From a virus, in the IMG/VR virus record IMGVR_UViG_3300045988_161286: DNA of 64,000 nt; one strand, written 5' to 3'. The translations under genes were made by a program, and so were the position numbers. The notes below the pieces were generated by a model, which was given only the letters and a program-made list of their open reading frames with translations, did no database searches and was not told the DNA's origin. Shown piece by piece: positions 35,887-45,955 of this stretch (within the stretch, counting starts at the first letter, position 1; every line of letters begins with the position of its first letter).

Positions 35887-36081
35887 AACACAATGATACA
35901 CTATTGGGAAAATTTTGTCAATGTTATTTCCATATTTTGTGGGTTGATTATAATAAAGAAAAAATTTACAATAATAATGAAAGGCGAATGAACACATATG
36001 AATAATTTGAACTACGATTGAAGAGGTGAATAAGTACATTTACTTAGTAGGTGATGTAATTGCACAATATAACAAACTCTA

Positions 36082-36110
36082 TTGACAATAGCTTGTTCTC
36101 TTGTTATAAT
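36082..36110 (+). promoter_or_regulatory. consensus sigma-70 promoter for 36153
   Basis: TTGACA-17 nt-TATAAT, an exact consensus. Confidence 0.7.
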
Positions 36111-36152
36111 AAATAATCGAACAGATGTTCTACATACAAGGGTGATATATAT

Positions 36153-36407
36153 ATGATAGTTGCATTAAAAGATTGGGAGAGTGTACTGAAAAACTATTAT
36201 TTTGTATTCAACGACAAAAATTATGATACGGTAAAATGGTCGATATTGAATGATAGAGTAATACAATTCAGTAATCAAAAAGAACCTGTAAGCAGCAGTG
36301 TGGTGTTTGCAGGAGTAAGATACATAGATATTAATTGTGCAAAATTACTAATTGTGCTTAACAATGGCGATAAATATTTAGCATACAAATATGCAAAACG
36401 AACTTGA
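36153..36407 (+). CDS. hypothetical protein (84 aa) upstream of the toxin; antitoxin role unproven
   Basis: ATG after AAGGGTGA. No antitoxin-type (RHH/AbrB/HTH) motif seen. Confidence 0.65.
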   Translation: MIVALKDWESVLKNYYFVFNDKNYDTVKWSILNDRVIQFSNQKEPVSSSVVFAGVRYIDINCAKLLIVLNNGDKYLAYKYAKRT

Positions 36408-36431
36408 CATTTACGAACTGTGTGATATAAT
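36404..36431 (+). promoter_or_regulatory. second near-consensus promoter, directly upstream of the MazF-like gene
   Basis: TTGACA-16 nt-TGaTATAAT (extended -10), inside and just after the 3' end of 36153-36407. Confidence 0.6.
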
Positions 36432-36462
36432 AAAGCCAAGAAATCCAGAAAGGAGGGCTTGA

Positions 36463-36891
36463 ATGTTAGGAATCAAGCCAAAGATTGGCGAAGTATATCT
36501 CATAGATTTTCCACAAGATGGACACACACAGGGCGGAATAAGACCGGGTGTAATTTTTCAAAATGATGTTGGTAATAAATACAGTCCTAATGTTGTTGTT
36601 CTTCCTTTGACTACTTCGATAAAAAAGACATCTCAGCCTACGCATGTGTATATTAGTAGCAAGAATTCTGGTCTTAGGTATGACAGCATAGTATTGTGTG
36701 AAAACCCAATATCTATTTCTAAAGATCGAATCTCCAAAAAACTTACAAAACTCAGTTCATATCATATGACTCGCATCACAGAAGCAAATTTACTTGCTTC
36801 TTCTGCAATTGCGTATTTGTCATTTGATGAACTACTGCATGTTTGGGAGAAAAGTCAAGATTTTGCAGACAAAAGGTTGGTGATGGCGTGA
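36463..36891 (+). CDS. mazF: MazF/PemK-family endoribonuclease toxin
   Basis: GEVYLIDFPQDGHTQGGIRPGVIFQNDVGNKYSPNVVVLPLTTS ... IVLCENPISISKDRI matches the PemK/MazF pattern. Confidence 0.8.
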   Translation: MLGIKPKIGEVYLIDFPQDGHTQGGIRPGVIFQNDVGNKYSPNVVVLPLTTSIKKTSQPTHVYISSKNSGLRYDSIVLCENPISISKDRISKKLTKLSSYHMTRITEANLLASSAIAYLSFDELLHVWEKSQDFADKRLVMA

Positions 36892-36959
36892 CTTTTGGTC
36901 AATTAATCCTCTGCTTAGTTGTTTTGGTAGTAGGATATATATGGATAAAACTTAAATAA
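36888..36959 (+). CDS. possible 23-aa hydrophobic peptide overlapping the toxin stop
   Basis: GTGA overlap. Product (M)TFGQLILCLVVLVVGYIWIKLK. Speculative. Confidence 0.25.
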   Translation: MTFGQLILCLVVLVVGYIWIKLK

Positions 36960-36974
36960 GAAGAGGTGTTATAT

Positions 36975-37307
36975 ATGATAGGAGAATTATTATTGGTTGG
37001 TTTGGCAACAGTGACGGAAGGTTTGAAGACCACTTTGCATCATTCAAAATCCGAATGGGCTAAAGATCGAGTGAATTCCAGACATAGATACAATAAAGAA
37101 AGACAGTCCGAAATTGAAGACGCTTTGTTTGGGTATTATACATCGGAACGAGGACGCAAAAGAGAGGAATATCAGCAGATATTAGATGATGCAGGTGTTA
37201 CTTATTATGATGATTACGATATAATAAAAAAGATTGCCATTATCGAAGGATGGGAGTATTATGATTTTTGCGAATGGAATCGTGAAGTGCAAAGAGAAAT
37301 GCGTTAA
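36975..37307 (+). CDS. hypothetical protein
   Basis: In-frame ATG 36975, 6 nt after AGAGGTG. Confidence 0.7.
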   Translation: MIGELLLVGLATVTEGLKTTLHHSKSEWAKDRVNSRHRYNKERQSEIEDALFGYYTSERGRKREEYQQILDDAGVTYYDDYDIIKKIAIIEGWEYYDFCEWNREVQREMR

Positions 37308-37397
37308 TATGTAACTTTTCAGCGATTGTTTCTGTTTACAAATAATGCCAAATGTGATACATTATACATATATAATTTTATTCGAGGTGCTGATGAT

Positions 37398-38339
37398 ATG
37401 TATAATGAGACTACGAAAATGGCTTTTGTATCGACATTATCGTCGAAACAAAATATACTGTTAGCGACGGCATTGTTTAATAGTATAGAAATTTTTGAAC
37501 AAGAATCTGAAAAAGACATTTCACGGTTCACAGAAGAAAATCTTCAGAAAGTTCAGGTTAAAATAGCAGGTAGTAAAACATATGGTTCACGGAAACGAGA
37601 TGCCACGATGTTAAGGAGTTACTTAGATTGGGCGTATAAGAATCATATTTGTGATACAAACATATCCTCATATGTGTTGCAGGCTATGGATATTAATGCT
37701 AATACAGTATTGGTTTCGTCTCCACAACACTTACAATTTCAACTCAATGCTGTATTTCCACCGGAAATAGAAGATAATGTTGATTTGTTGTCGAGAGGAT
37801 TTGTCTGGATGGCTTATATGGGCATCCCAAAAGAAGACACGATAAAGATTACAAGCAATCATGTATCTATAGATAACAATAACGAAAAGAAAATTATTGC
37901 ATACAATAGCACGCTCTACGAGATTCCAACTGAAGCTTATATAACGATCAACAAATTGTGTTCTTTGAAATGTTTAACCACTACAACAAGGAATGGTATT
38001 GTTCGTAAATTCGACAGGATTCAAGGTTGTGAATTGTTAAGAGGTACAACTCGTCTTAACAATATAACAGTAGAATATTTAAGAACTCGTGTAACCCGCA
38101 AATCAAAACCATATCGTTTGTCGAAATTATTATCTTATGGTTCGTTATATAAAAGTGGAGTGTTTTACAGACAGTACATATTGGAACAACAGGGGTTCAT
38201 ACCTACATTTGCTGAACTAATGCGTTCTCGGAGTTATACCGAACACGATGGGGAAACAGATGTTTATTTTCAAGATAAACTAAAAACTATACAGGCGGAA
38301 TACACTGCATGGAAGGATAAGTATTATTCACTTATGTAA
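37398..38339 (+). CDS. hypothetical protein with a degenerate tyrosine-recombinase-like layout
   Basis: ATG 37398 after GAGGTG. LRSYLDWAYKN and LSRGFVWMAYMGIPKEDTIKI recall an integrase SAM-like/core start, but the catalytic R/H/Y set is not evident. Confidence 0.65.
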   Translation: MYNETTKMAFVSTLSSKQNILLATALFNSIEIFEQESEKDISRFTEENLQKVQVKIAGSKTYGSRKRDATMLRSYLDWAYKNHICDTNISSYVLQAMDINANTVLVSSPQHLQFQLNAVFPPEIEDNVDLLSRGFVWMAYMGIPKEDTIKITSNHVSIDNNNEKKIIAYNSTLYEIPTEAYITINKLCSLKCLTTTTRNGIVRKFDRIQGCELLRGTTRLNNITVEYLRTRVTRKSKPYRLSKLLSYGSLYKSGVFYRQYILEQQGFIPTFAELMRSRSYTEHDGETDVYFQDKLKTIQAEYTAWKDKYYSLM

Positions 38340-38490
38340 AGTTTAATAAAGATTTTTAAAGGCGGTACAGCTCGCCTTTAAAAAATAATCATTAAGTCAG
38401 TTTTGCATATTAGAAAGTATAAAACTGTAAGGAGGTGGTGCTTATGATTGTGCTAAATTAACAAAAAATTAATATATAGGGGGAATTATT

Positions 38491-39099
38491 ATTTCTGACA
38501 ACAAGTCAATTTATCAAACATTATCATCAATTGATGTGTCTGGCAAGGTCAAGCCTAAAAATGGTATGAATTATTTACCATGGGCGTCTGCATGGGCATA
38601 CATAAAAGAGTATTTTCCAAGGTCGTCATATACCGTAGTTAGAGACGATAATGGTAATCTTTATCATACTGACGGAAAAACCTGTTGGGTTGAAACATTA
38701 TTATCTATTAATGGGGAAACTCAAGAAGAGCAGTTGGCTATTATGGATAACCATAATAAGTCTGTATCAGCCGATCAAGTAGAATCTACGATGGTAAACA
38801 AAGCTATTAAGAGATGCCTAACAAAAAACGCAGCATTATTTGGTCTTGGTTTGAATCTTTGGTATGGCGAAGAATTGAGCGATGAAGCAAAGCGTACCAA
38901 AGCTAAGAAAGTATCTGATTTAGATGTGCTTAAAGGCAAAGTAGTGTCTATTTGTAAAGAACTGGTATCCAAAGGCGTTGATAGCAAAAAATTATATGCT
39001 TCTATTGCAGATATGTCAGGACATCAAAATCCGACCAAAATTACAGATATAGAGACACTAAAAATTGTGCTTGAGCGACTTGAACAATGGGAGGTTTAG
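38491..39099 (+). CDS. Rad52/Sak-like single-strand annealing protein
   Basis: The NGMNYLPWASAWAYIKEYFP region is typical of Rad52-type SSAPs. The frame is open from 38473. Only ATT codons (38485/38488/38491) sit at SD distance from AGGGGGA. The track GTG at 38536 has no SD. Confidence 0.65.
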   Translation: MSDNKSIYQTLSSIDVSGKVKPKNGMNYLPWASAWAYIKEYFPRSSYTVVRDDNGNLYHTDGKTCWVETLLSINGETQEEQLAIMDNHNKSVSADQVESTMVNKAIKRCLTKNAALFGLGLNLWYGEELSDEAKRTKAKKVSDLDVLKGKVVSICKELVSKGVDSKKLYASIADMSGHQNPTKITDIETLKIVLERLEQWEV

Positions 39100-39100
39100 T

Positions 39101-39493
39101 ATGAATAAAGTATGTGAAATTGGAAGAATTGTAACCGAACTCGAACTTAAAACAACAACCAATGGAAAGTCGGTTGTTAATTTTAGAATTGCAGTAAGGT
39201 CTTATGGCAAAGACAACGATGATTACTTTTTTAACTGTGTGGCATGGGGAAGTGTTGCAGAATTTATTTGTAAGCATTTTTCAAAAGGAAGAAAGATTGG
39301 AATTGATGGTAAACTGACTTCTCGCACATACGAAACAGAAAAAAAAGAGAAGCGTCAGGTTGTAGAAATTATGATACAGGATGCAGAGTTTTGTGACGAC
39401 AAGCGTGACGAAAGTGGTGATGACGCAAATATAACTACGCCGTCAAAGGCAGAATCTACTACATCTGAAACAGAGGACGAGTTACCATTTTGA
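39101..39493 (+). CDS. ssb: single-stranded DNA-binding protein
   Basis: ATG 39101 after GGGAGG. OB-fold pattern (NKV.EIGRI ... FRIAV ... F.NCVAWG) and an acidic tail ending DELPF. Confidence 0.85.
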   Translation: MNKVCEIGRIVTELELKTTTNGKSVVNFRIAVRSYGKDNDDYFFNCVAWGSVAEFICKHFSKGRKIGIDGKLTSRTYETEKKEKRQVVEIMIQDAEFCDDKRDESGDDANITTPSKAESTTSETEDELPF

Positions 39494-40326
39494 TTAACTT
39501 AAAACAATTAAAAAATCGGTACTGGTCGTTTTCCAGTATAAATTCTTATCAGACTTGTCCTCGTATGTTCTTCTTATCACATATTGATAGGAAGCCCCAA
39601 GAAGAAAACGCTTTTAGTCAATGGGGTTCTTTATGTCACAAATTGTTAGAAAGTTATTACAAAGGTCAAAGTAGCATTTTCGATCTTGAAGAGCGGTACA
39701 AAAATGCTTATAAAAGAACGGTTTTATCTGATTTCCCTAAAAATCGCTATGTTGATATGAATAAGAAGTATTACCAAATAGGTCTTGAATATTTTCGAGG
39801 TTTTGAGGATGTTTTTTCTGAATATCAAGTAGTCGGTGTTGAACAGAAGATTAAAACCAAAATTGGCGAGTATAACTTTGTTGGTGTTATCGACTTAATA
39901 CTTGAGAAGAATGGCGAGTATATTATCTGCGACCACAAAAGCAAAGGAGCTTTTAAGAACGAGCAAGAATTACGGAAGTATCTTTTTCAGTTGTACCTGT
40001 ATTCCAAATACATATACGAAACATATCACACATATCCCACAAAATTGATTTTTAATATGTTTAAGCTCGGAGAAATGAAAAGCGTAGATTTCAATAAGAG
40101 TGAATACGAGAAAGCTTTGTCTTGGGCTGAGGCTTCCATAAATGAAATTCTTGAAGAAGAATGCTGGTTAGATAAAGTGTTCGTGCAGTACGCTGCTAAA
40201 GACAAAAATATCAATAATTACAAGTGTGATGATTTCTTTTGTAACAACCTTTGTTCGGTACGGGCGTTTTGTGAGCGTTCTAAAAGCTATACTGAAGAGG
40301 ACGATTTTGATTTTCTTGAGGAGTGA
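39490..40326 (+). CDS. PD-(D/E)xK nuclease, Cas4/RecB-like
   Basis: N-terminal Cys (YQTCPRMFF), VIDLIL ... ICDHKSK nuclease core, and a C-terminal Cys cluster CDDFFCNNLCSVRAFC. Confidence 0.7.
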   Translation: MINLKQLKNRYWSFSSINSYQTCPRMFFLSHIDRKPQEENAFSQWGSLCHKLLESYYKGQSSIFDLEERYKNAYKRTVLSDFPKNRYVDMNKKYYQIGLEYFRGFEDVFSEYQVVGVEQKIKTKIGEYNFVGVIDLILEKNGEYIICDHKSKGAFKNEQELRKYLFQLYLYSKYIYETYHTYPTKLIFNMFKLGEMKSVDFNKSEYEKALSWAEASINEILEEECWLDKVFVQYAAKDKNINNYKCDDFFCNNLCSVRAFCERSKSYTEEDDFDFLEE

Positions 40327-40619
40327 TTATGTTTGCTTATTGAAAAGGACAAAATTCATAAAGCAAAAGAGAAATTAGGAGAGAAGAATGCTGGTTAGAT
40401 AAAGTGTTCGTGCAGTACGCTGCTAAAGACAAAAATATCAATAATTACAAGTGTGATGATTTCTTTTGTAACAACCTTTGTTCGGTACGGGCGTTTTGTG
40501 AGCGTTCTAAAAGCTATACTGAAGAGGACGATTTTGATTTTCTTGAGGAGTGATTATGTTTGCTTATTGAAAAGGACAAAATTCATAAAGCAAAAGAGAA
40601 ATTAGGAGAGAAGAATGCT
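40166..40619 (+). repeat. perfect 227-bp tandem duplication (2 copies)
   Basis: Copy 1 is 40166-40392 and copy 2 is 40393-40619. They look identical by eye. The repeat is bounded by the 11-nt microhomology AGAAGAATGCT (40155-40165, 40382-40392, 40609-40619). Confidence 0.9.
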
Positions 40620-42479
40620 TTTGAAATAGCTCAAATTTTGGAAGTTGAAAATTTTGATGAGAGTCGTTTGAGAGCATGTTGCCCTTTCCACGAGGAAGAT
40701 ACTCCAAGTTGGATTTACAATCCTAAAACATATAATTTTCATTGTTTCGGATGTGGTATATCGACTGACATTATTGATGCTTATATGATTAAAGGACATA
40801 CATATTTGGAAGCAGTTCAGTATTTATTTGAAAAAGCAGGCATTAAATATGCGTTTGGAGAGATGGGCGTAAAGACTAAAACCCAGTACCGATACCCAAA
40901 ACCTGTAGAATGTCACTCAAAGAACAAAATCGAAGAATACTTAGGTTTACGAAAAATATCACCAAGCACAATTGACTATTGCGATATTAGACAAGACTCT
41001 CATGGAAATATAGTGTTTAACTATTACGACACGAACGATGTGCTTACTTTGGTTAAATACCGACCAAGCCATAAGATAGATAAAAGCAAAGGCGAAGTAA
41101 AAACATGGTGTCAAAAAGATGCAGATACAAGTCCAATATTGTTCAATATGAATCGTGTTAATGTTGACAGTCCTTTGCTAATATGTGAAGGAGAAATTGA
41201 TTGTGCTTCGGCTATAGAAGCGGGATTCACTAATGCAGTTAGTGTCCCGCTTGGGGCTGGAAACTTTCATTGGATTGAACATAATTGGGACTGGTTAGAA
41301 CAATTCACCGATATTATTGTATGTGCAGATAATGATGAAGCGGGACAAAAAATGATTAAAGAGGTTTCAAGTAGACTCGGAAACTGGCGAACAAAGATTG
41401 TACAGTTGCCCACAAAGGTAACAAAATCAGATGGTAGTCAAGCTTTTATTAGTGACCTCAACGAGACATTGTATTGGTTTGGAAAAGAATATGTGCTAAA
41501 ACTTATACTGGATGCAAAAGATTCGCCTGTCGATAGCGTTATTGACTTTTCAGACATTGAAGATGTTGACCTTTCTCAAATTGACGGTATTTATACTGGC
41601 ATTACAGAGTTAGACAATAAGCTAATGAAAATGTTTTATGGCACAGTTACGATTCTGACGGGTACTAATGGCAGTGGTAAATCATCTTTACTGTCACAGT
41701 TTATATGTCAATCACTTGACCAACAAAAGTCTGTTTGGTTGTATTCTAAAGAGCTGCCTAATTCGATGATGAAAAACTGGATTAATTTTATATTTGCAGG
41801 TAGACATAATATCGATCAGTTTCATGACAGTAAAGGAAGTGTATATTACAAAGTTAGTAAAAGTGCTCGTACTAAAATTGATGGATATTATAAAAATCGT
41901 CTTTATATTTATAAAGACGATTATGACAACTCAGTCGATAATATCAAAAAATCAATGGAGGATTGTGTTAGGAAGTATGGCTGTAAAATGCTCATATTGG
42001 ACAATCTTACGGTCATCAATCTTGGAGCTACCGACAACAATAAAAACGAAACACAAAACGCATTCATGTCTTGGTTGACCAAATTTGCAGCCACATTTCA
42101 AGTTGTTATTATTTTGGTTATTCATCCACGAAAAGGACAGCAGGTTACTCGCCTTTGTAAATATGATATTGGTGGTTCTGGAGGTATGTTAGATCTCGCT
42201 CATCGAAGTTTCTCGTTATATAGAGTGAAGCCCAATGAAAAGCAAACTGGTGACGAATTAGTTAAAAATTATGATGTTATATTGGATGTTTTGAAAGACA
42301 GGATGAGAGGACAGGAGAATTTATCAATTCCAATGTGGTACGATCCGCCATCTCGTAGATTTTACACCAACGAAATGGAGTTTGGAAAACAATACGCATG
42401 GGATAAGAATAAGTACACAGAGTCTATTCCTTTCCCGCATCCAAACGAGACAAGTGAAGTGTTCGGAAAGGAAGATTAA
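40560..42479 (+). CDS. primase-helicase (Zn-finger, Toprim, DnaB/gp4-like ATPase)
   Basis: CCPFHEEDTPS ... HCFGCG (CHC2), Toprim EGEIDCASA and DNDEAG, Walker A GTNGSGKSS. Confidence 0.85.
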   Translation: MLIEKDKIHKAKEKLGEKNAFEIAQILEVENFDESRLRACCPFHEEDTPSWIYNPKTYNFHCFGCGISTDIIDAYMIKGHTYLEAVQYLFEKAGIKYAFGEMGVKTKTQYRYPKPVECHSKNKIEEYLGLRKISPSTIDYCDIRQDSHGNIVFNYYDTNDVLTLVKYRPSHKIDKSKGEVKTWCQKDADTSPILFNMNRVNVDSPLLICEGEIDCASAIEAGFTNAVSVPLGAGNFHWIEHNWDWLEQFTDIIVCADNDEAGQKMIKEVSSRLGNWRTKIVQLPTKVTKSDGSQAFISDLNETLYWFGKEYVLKLILDAKDSPVDSVIDFSDIEDVDLSQIDGIYTGITELDNKLMKMFYGTVTILTGTNGSGKSSLLSQFICQSLDQQKSVWLYSKELPNSMMKNWINFIFAGRHNIDQFHDSKGSVYYKVSKSARTKIDGYYKNRLYIYKDDYDNSVDNIKKSMEDCVRKYGCKMLILDNLTVINLGATDNNKNETQNAFMSWLTKFAATFQVVIILVIHPRKGQQVTRLCKYDIGGSGGMLDLAHRSFSLYRVKPNEKQTGDELVKNYDVILDVLKDRMRGQENLSIPMWYDPPSRRFYTNEMEFGKQYAWDKNKYTESIPFPHPNETSEVFGKED

Positions 42480-42480
42480 T

Positions 42481-45400
42481 ATTATCGACAATTATGTTGC
42501 TTACCATATACATACAGACTATTCTCTTAAAGACAGTGCTACCAATTACAAAGATTATGTTGATAAAGCAGTAGAGTTGGGACAGCATGCAATTGCATTT
42601 TCGGAACACGGCAATATACAAGGTTGGGTTAAGAAGAAAATGTATTGTGACTTAAAAGGTATTAAGTATATACATGCAGTTGAGTGTTACTTAACAAAAA
42701 ATCATACAGACAAAATCCGAGACAATTATCATACAGTTCTTATTGCGAAAAACTATGAAGGTGTTAAGGAACTCAACCGGCTTATAAGTTTGTCAAGAAC
42801 TGACAAAAATCATTTTTATTATGTTGGCAGAATCTCGTTTGAAGAGTTTCTTTCACTGTCTGACAACATTATCAAAACAAGTGCCTGTCTTGCTTCTCCT
42901 TTAAATAAATTACCTGTAGAAGATACATGGTATGAACAATTAGTTAAAGGGTATGATTATCTCGAAATTCAACCACACAATTGCAAAGAACAAATTGAAT
43001 ACAATAGACATTTAGCATATCTGTCTGAGAAATATCATATTCCGCTAATAGCTGCAACAGACGCCCACTCAGTTAATTCTTATAAAGCAGAGTGTAGACA
43101 AGTAATCTTAGATGCTAAAAAACAACATTACGAAGGCGAAGATAAGATGGACTTAGTGTATAAGTCTTACGATGAATTAGTGAAAGCTTTCGCAACACAG
43201 GACGCAATACCGAGTTCTTTATACATAGAGGCTATTAACAACACCAATGTTATGGCAGATAGTGTCGAAGAGTTTATGCTTGATACATCGATTAAGTACC
43301 CTATTTTGTATGGCAGTGCTGAAAAAGACGAACAAAAATTTACTTCATTGGTATATCAAAAATATCAAGAGAAGCTTGATAATGGCGTTATTTCATCAGA
43401 AGAAAAGAATAGATTTGATAAAGCAATACCTGAAGAACTGAGAGTCTTTAAGAAAGTAGGTATGTCGGGTTTTATGCTTTCAATGAGTGAAATTCTCTCA
43501 CATTTTAGAAATCAAGGGAAACCAATAGGCTTTTCAAGAGGTTCAGTTGGTGGTTCAAGAACAGCGTATGTTACCGATATTATTGACTTAAACCCTGAAA
43601 AATGGGGTACAGTATTTTCTCGATTCTGTAATGAAGACAGAGTAGAAGTAGGAGATATTGATGTTGATGTTGTAGAATCGGATAGACCAGAAATGTTTGA
43701 GTATATTATAGATAAATTCGGTAAAACAAAAACAGCCAGAGTTCCTACATATTCGACACTGAAAGATTTGGCTGCTATTGATCTGATAGGACAAGCATTT
43801 CGACTTAATTGGGAATTAAGCCACCCAAAAACCGATTTTAGTGAGTGTGAATATTCTATTCAAAAAGTCAAAGAAATTAAGCAATGTTTTAACTCCGATC
43901 CTGATTTAGCAAGACAAAAGTATCCGAAATTGTTTTATTACTATGATGGCTTGTTAGGTATTAAGCATGCACAGTCGGTACATCCAGCAGGAATTGTTAT
44001 TAGTCCAATTACTTTAGCTGACAATTACGGTGTGTTCGAGAAAGATGGCTACTGTACTCTTCAGATTGATATGGATGAAATTCATGATGTAGGGTTGACC
44101 AAGTATGATTTGCTTGTATTAAAGACAGTGCAAGTTATTAGCGAAACTTGCAAATTCGCTCATTTACCTTATCCAAAATCTCACGAGATTGATTGGGATG
44201 ATCAAAATGTATGGGAAAGTATGTTAGAAACTACAGGTTCTATTTTTCAGTTTGAGTCTCCATTTGCTATAGATTGTTTAAAAAAATATAAGCCTAAAAG
44301 TATTTTGGATATGGCAATAGTCACGGCTGCTATTAGACCATCAGGTTCTTCTTACAGAGAGGAGCTATTTAAGCATATACCTCATAAAAATCCGTCAGAG
44401 GTTATAGATAAACTGCTTAATAAAAACAATGGATATTTAATATTTCAAGAGGACACAATTAAGTTTCTTCAAGAAATATGCGGACTGTCGGGCAGCGAAG
44501 CTGACAATGTGCGTAGAGCAATCGGACATAAAGATGAAAAGAGATTGGCTAAAGCATTGCCGTCAATACTTGAAGGTTATTGTCATAAATCAAATTCTCC
44601 AAGAAATGTTGCAGAACTGGAAGCTAAAGAGTTTCTTCAGATTATTCAAGACAGTGCCAGTTATCAATTTGGTATGAATCACGCCATTGGATACTGTATG
44701 ATTAGTTATTTGTGTGCTTATTATTACTACTATTATCCGTATGAGTTTTGCACAGCATATTTAAACTGTGCAAAGAATGATGAACAAATACAGACGGGAG
44801 AAAAAGCTGCTAAAGCAAAAGATATTGAAATTACATTGCCTAAATTCGGAATTTCGTTAGGAAACTATTATTTTAACAAAGACCTTCATGCAATTGCAAA
44901 AGGTATTGGTTCAGTTAAGTTCTTATCTGAAGAGGTCGCCACAGAACTTTTTAAAGTTTACAACCAACAGCCGACCAGTTTTATAGATGTAATTCGTCTC
45001 TCTGACCAAGAGACTTCTGTGGGGCTATCTAAAATAGAAATTTTAATTAAAATAGGTTTCTTCGACCACTACGGAATTCAATCGAAACTATTATACATAC
45101 TTGCAACTTATCAATTCTTTAGAGCATCTACTGGCAAGGGATTTCGCAAGAATATTAAGAAGTCCGTATTACAAACAGAGCATTTTGAATTGTACGACAT
45201 AGTAAAAAATAATAGTACAGACTTAAAGAAAGATAACACTATTAAAGAATCGTTCACTATTCAAAACATAGATAACATACTAAATGGCATCGAAACTATT
45301 GCAAATCAAATGAATTTCAAGTCTTGGAATTATAAACGCATTATTCAAACACAGGAAGAATATTTGGGGTATATTGATTTAACCACACACAAAGCTGAAG

Positions 45401-45645
45401 ATAGGCAGAAACTGCTCGTAAAGAATGTCTACCCTCTTAAAAACAAACAAACTAACGAGGAATTTGCAAAAAGAATTTCGTATCGTTCGGTTGGTACTGG
45501 AAAAGAAGGAAGTTTAACATTAAAACACTATCTTTTTGCATCATTGCCATTGAAACAATATGATGTAATTTATGTGCCTTTAGACGGTATTTACAAAGAT
45601 AAAAGAGGGTATTGGAATTTAACAAAATATAAATTGCTAAATTAA
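42481..45645 (+). CDS. dnaE: DNA polymerase III alpha subunit (DnaE-type, PHP domain)
   Basis: HIHTDYSLKDS, SEHGN, GSVGGS, GDIDVD. The likely start is ATT 42481 or ATC 42484, 6-9 nt after GAAAGGAAG. The track TTG at 42382 lies deep inside the primase gene. Confidence 0.85.
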   Translation: MIDNYVAYHIHTDYSLKDSATNYKDYVDKAVELGQHAIAFSEHGNIQGWVKKKMYCDLKGIKYIHAVECYLTKNHTDKIRDNYHTVLIAKNYEGVKELNRLISLSRTDKNHFYYVGRISFEEFLSLSDNIIKTSACLASPLNKLPVEDTWYEQLVKGYDYLEIQPHNCKEQIEYNRHLAYLSEKYHIPLIAATDAHSVNSYKAECRQVILDAKKQHYEGEDKMDLVYKSYDELVKAFATQDAIPSSLYIEAINNTNVMADSVEEFMLDTSIKYPILYGSAEKDEQKFTSLVYQKYQEKLDNGVISSEEKNRFDKAIPEELRVFKKVGMSGFMLSMSEILSHFRNQGKPIGFSRGSVGGSRTAYVTDIIDLNPEKWGTVFSRFCNEDRVEVGDIDVDVVESDRPEMFEYIIDKFGKTKTARVPTYSTLKDLAAIDLIGQAFRLNWELSHPKTDFSECEYSIQKVKEIKQCFNSDPDLARQKYPKLFYYYDGLLGIKHAQSVHPAGIVISPITLADNYGVFEKDGYCTLQIDMDEIHDVGLTKYDLLVLKTVQVISETCKFAHLPYPKSHEIDWDDQNVWESMLETTGSIFQFESPFAIDCLKKYKPKSILDMAIVTAAIRPSGSSYREELFKHIPHKNPSEVIDKLLNKNNGYLIFQEDTIKFLQEICGLSGSEADNVRRAIGHKDEKRLAKALPSILEGYCHKSNSPRNVAELEAKEFLQIIQDSASYQFGMNHAIGYCMISYLCAYYYYYYPYEFCTAYLNCAKNDEQIQTGEKAAKAKDIEITLPKFGISLGNYYFNKDLHAIAKGIGSVKFLSEEVATELFKVYNQQPTSFIDVIRLSDQETSVGLSKIEILIKIGFFDHYGIQSKLLYILATYQFFRASTGKGFRKNIKKSVLQTEHFELYDIVKNNSTDLKKDNTIKESFTIQNIDNILNGIETIANQMNFKSWNYKRIIQTQEEYLGYIDLTTHKAEDRQKLLVKNVYPLKNKQTNEEFAKRISYRSVGTGKEGSLTLKHYLFASLPLKQYDVIYVPLDGIYKDKRGYWNLTKYKLLN

Positions 45646-45658
45646 GAAAGGTGATTGA

Positions 45659-45952
45659 ATGAGGCAAAAAATTGAACTTGTTACATTTAAGGATGTATTG
45701 AATTTTACAGAAGCTGTAAGTCAGATTGACGAAGAAGTAACTCTTATCGGCAAAGACGAAAATGGCAAAGATTGGTCTATCAGTGGCAAATCATTTCTTG
45801 CAACTCTTGTTCTTGCAAACGGTGTTGAAAGAGCTGAAAGAGCAAAGATCAAAGCAGCACATAATGTTGATTGGAATACCATTACTTGTGTGTGTGACAA
45901 GGACATTTACTCAGTAATTAGCAAGTGGGCAGTAGGCTCGGTTATGGAGTAA
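45659..45952 (+). CDS. HPr-like fold protein (degenerate), copy 1
   Basis: VTLIGKDENGKDWSISGKSFLATLVLANG resembles the HPr G-K-x-v-n-a-K-S-i segment. No His15 motif. Confidence 0.5.
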   Translation: MRQKIELVTFKDVLNFTEAVSQIDEEVTLIGKDENGKDWSISGKSFLATLVLANGVERAERAKIKAAHNVDWNTITCVCDKDIYSVISKWAVGSVME

Positions 45953-45955
45953 ACT

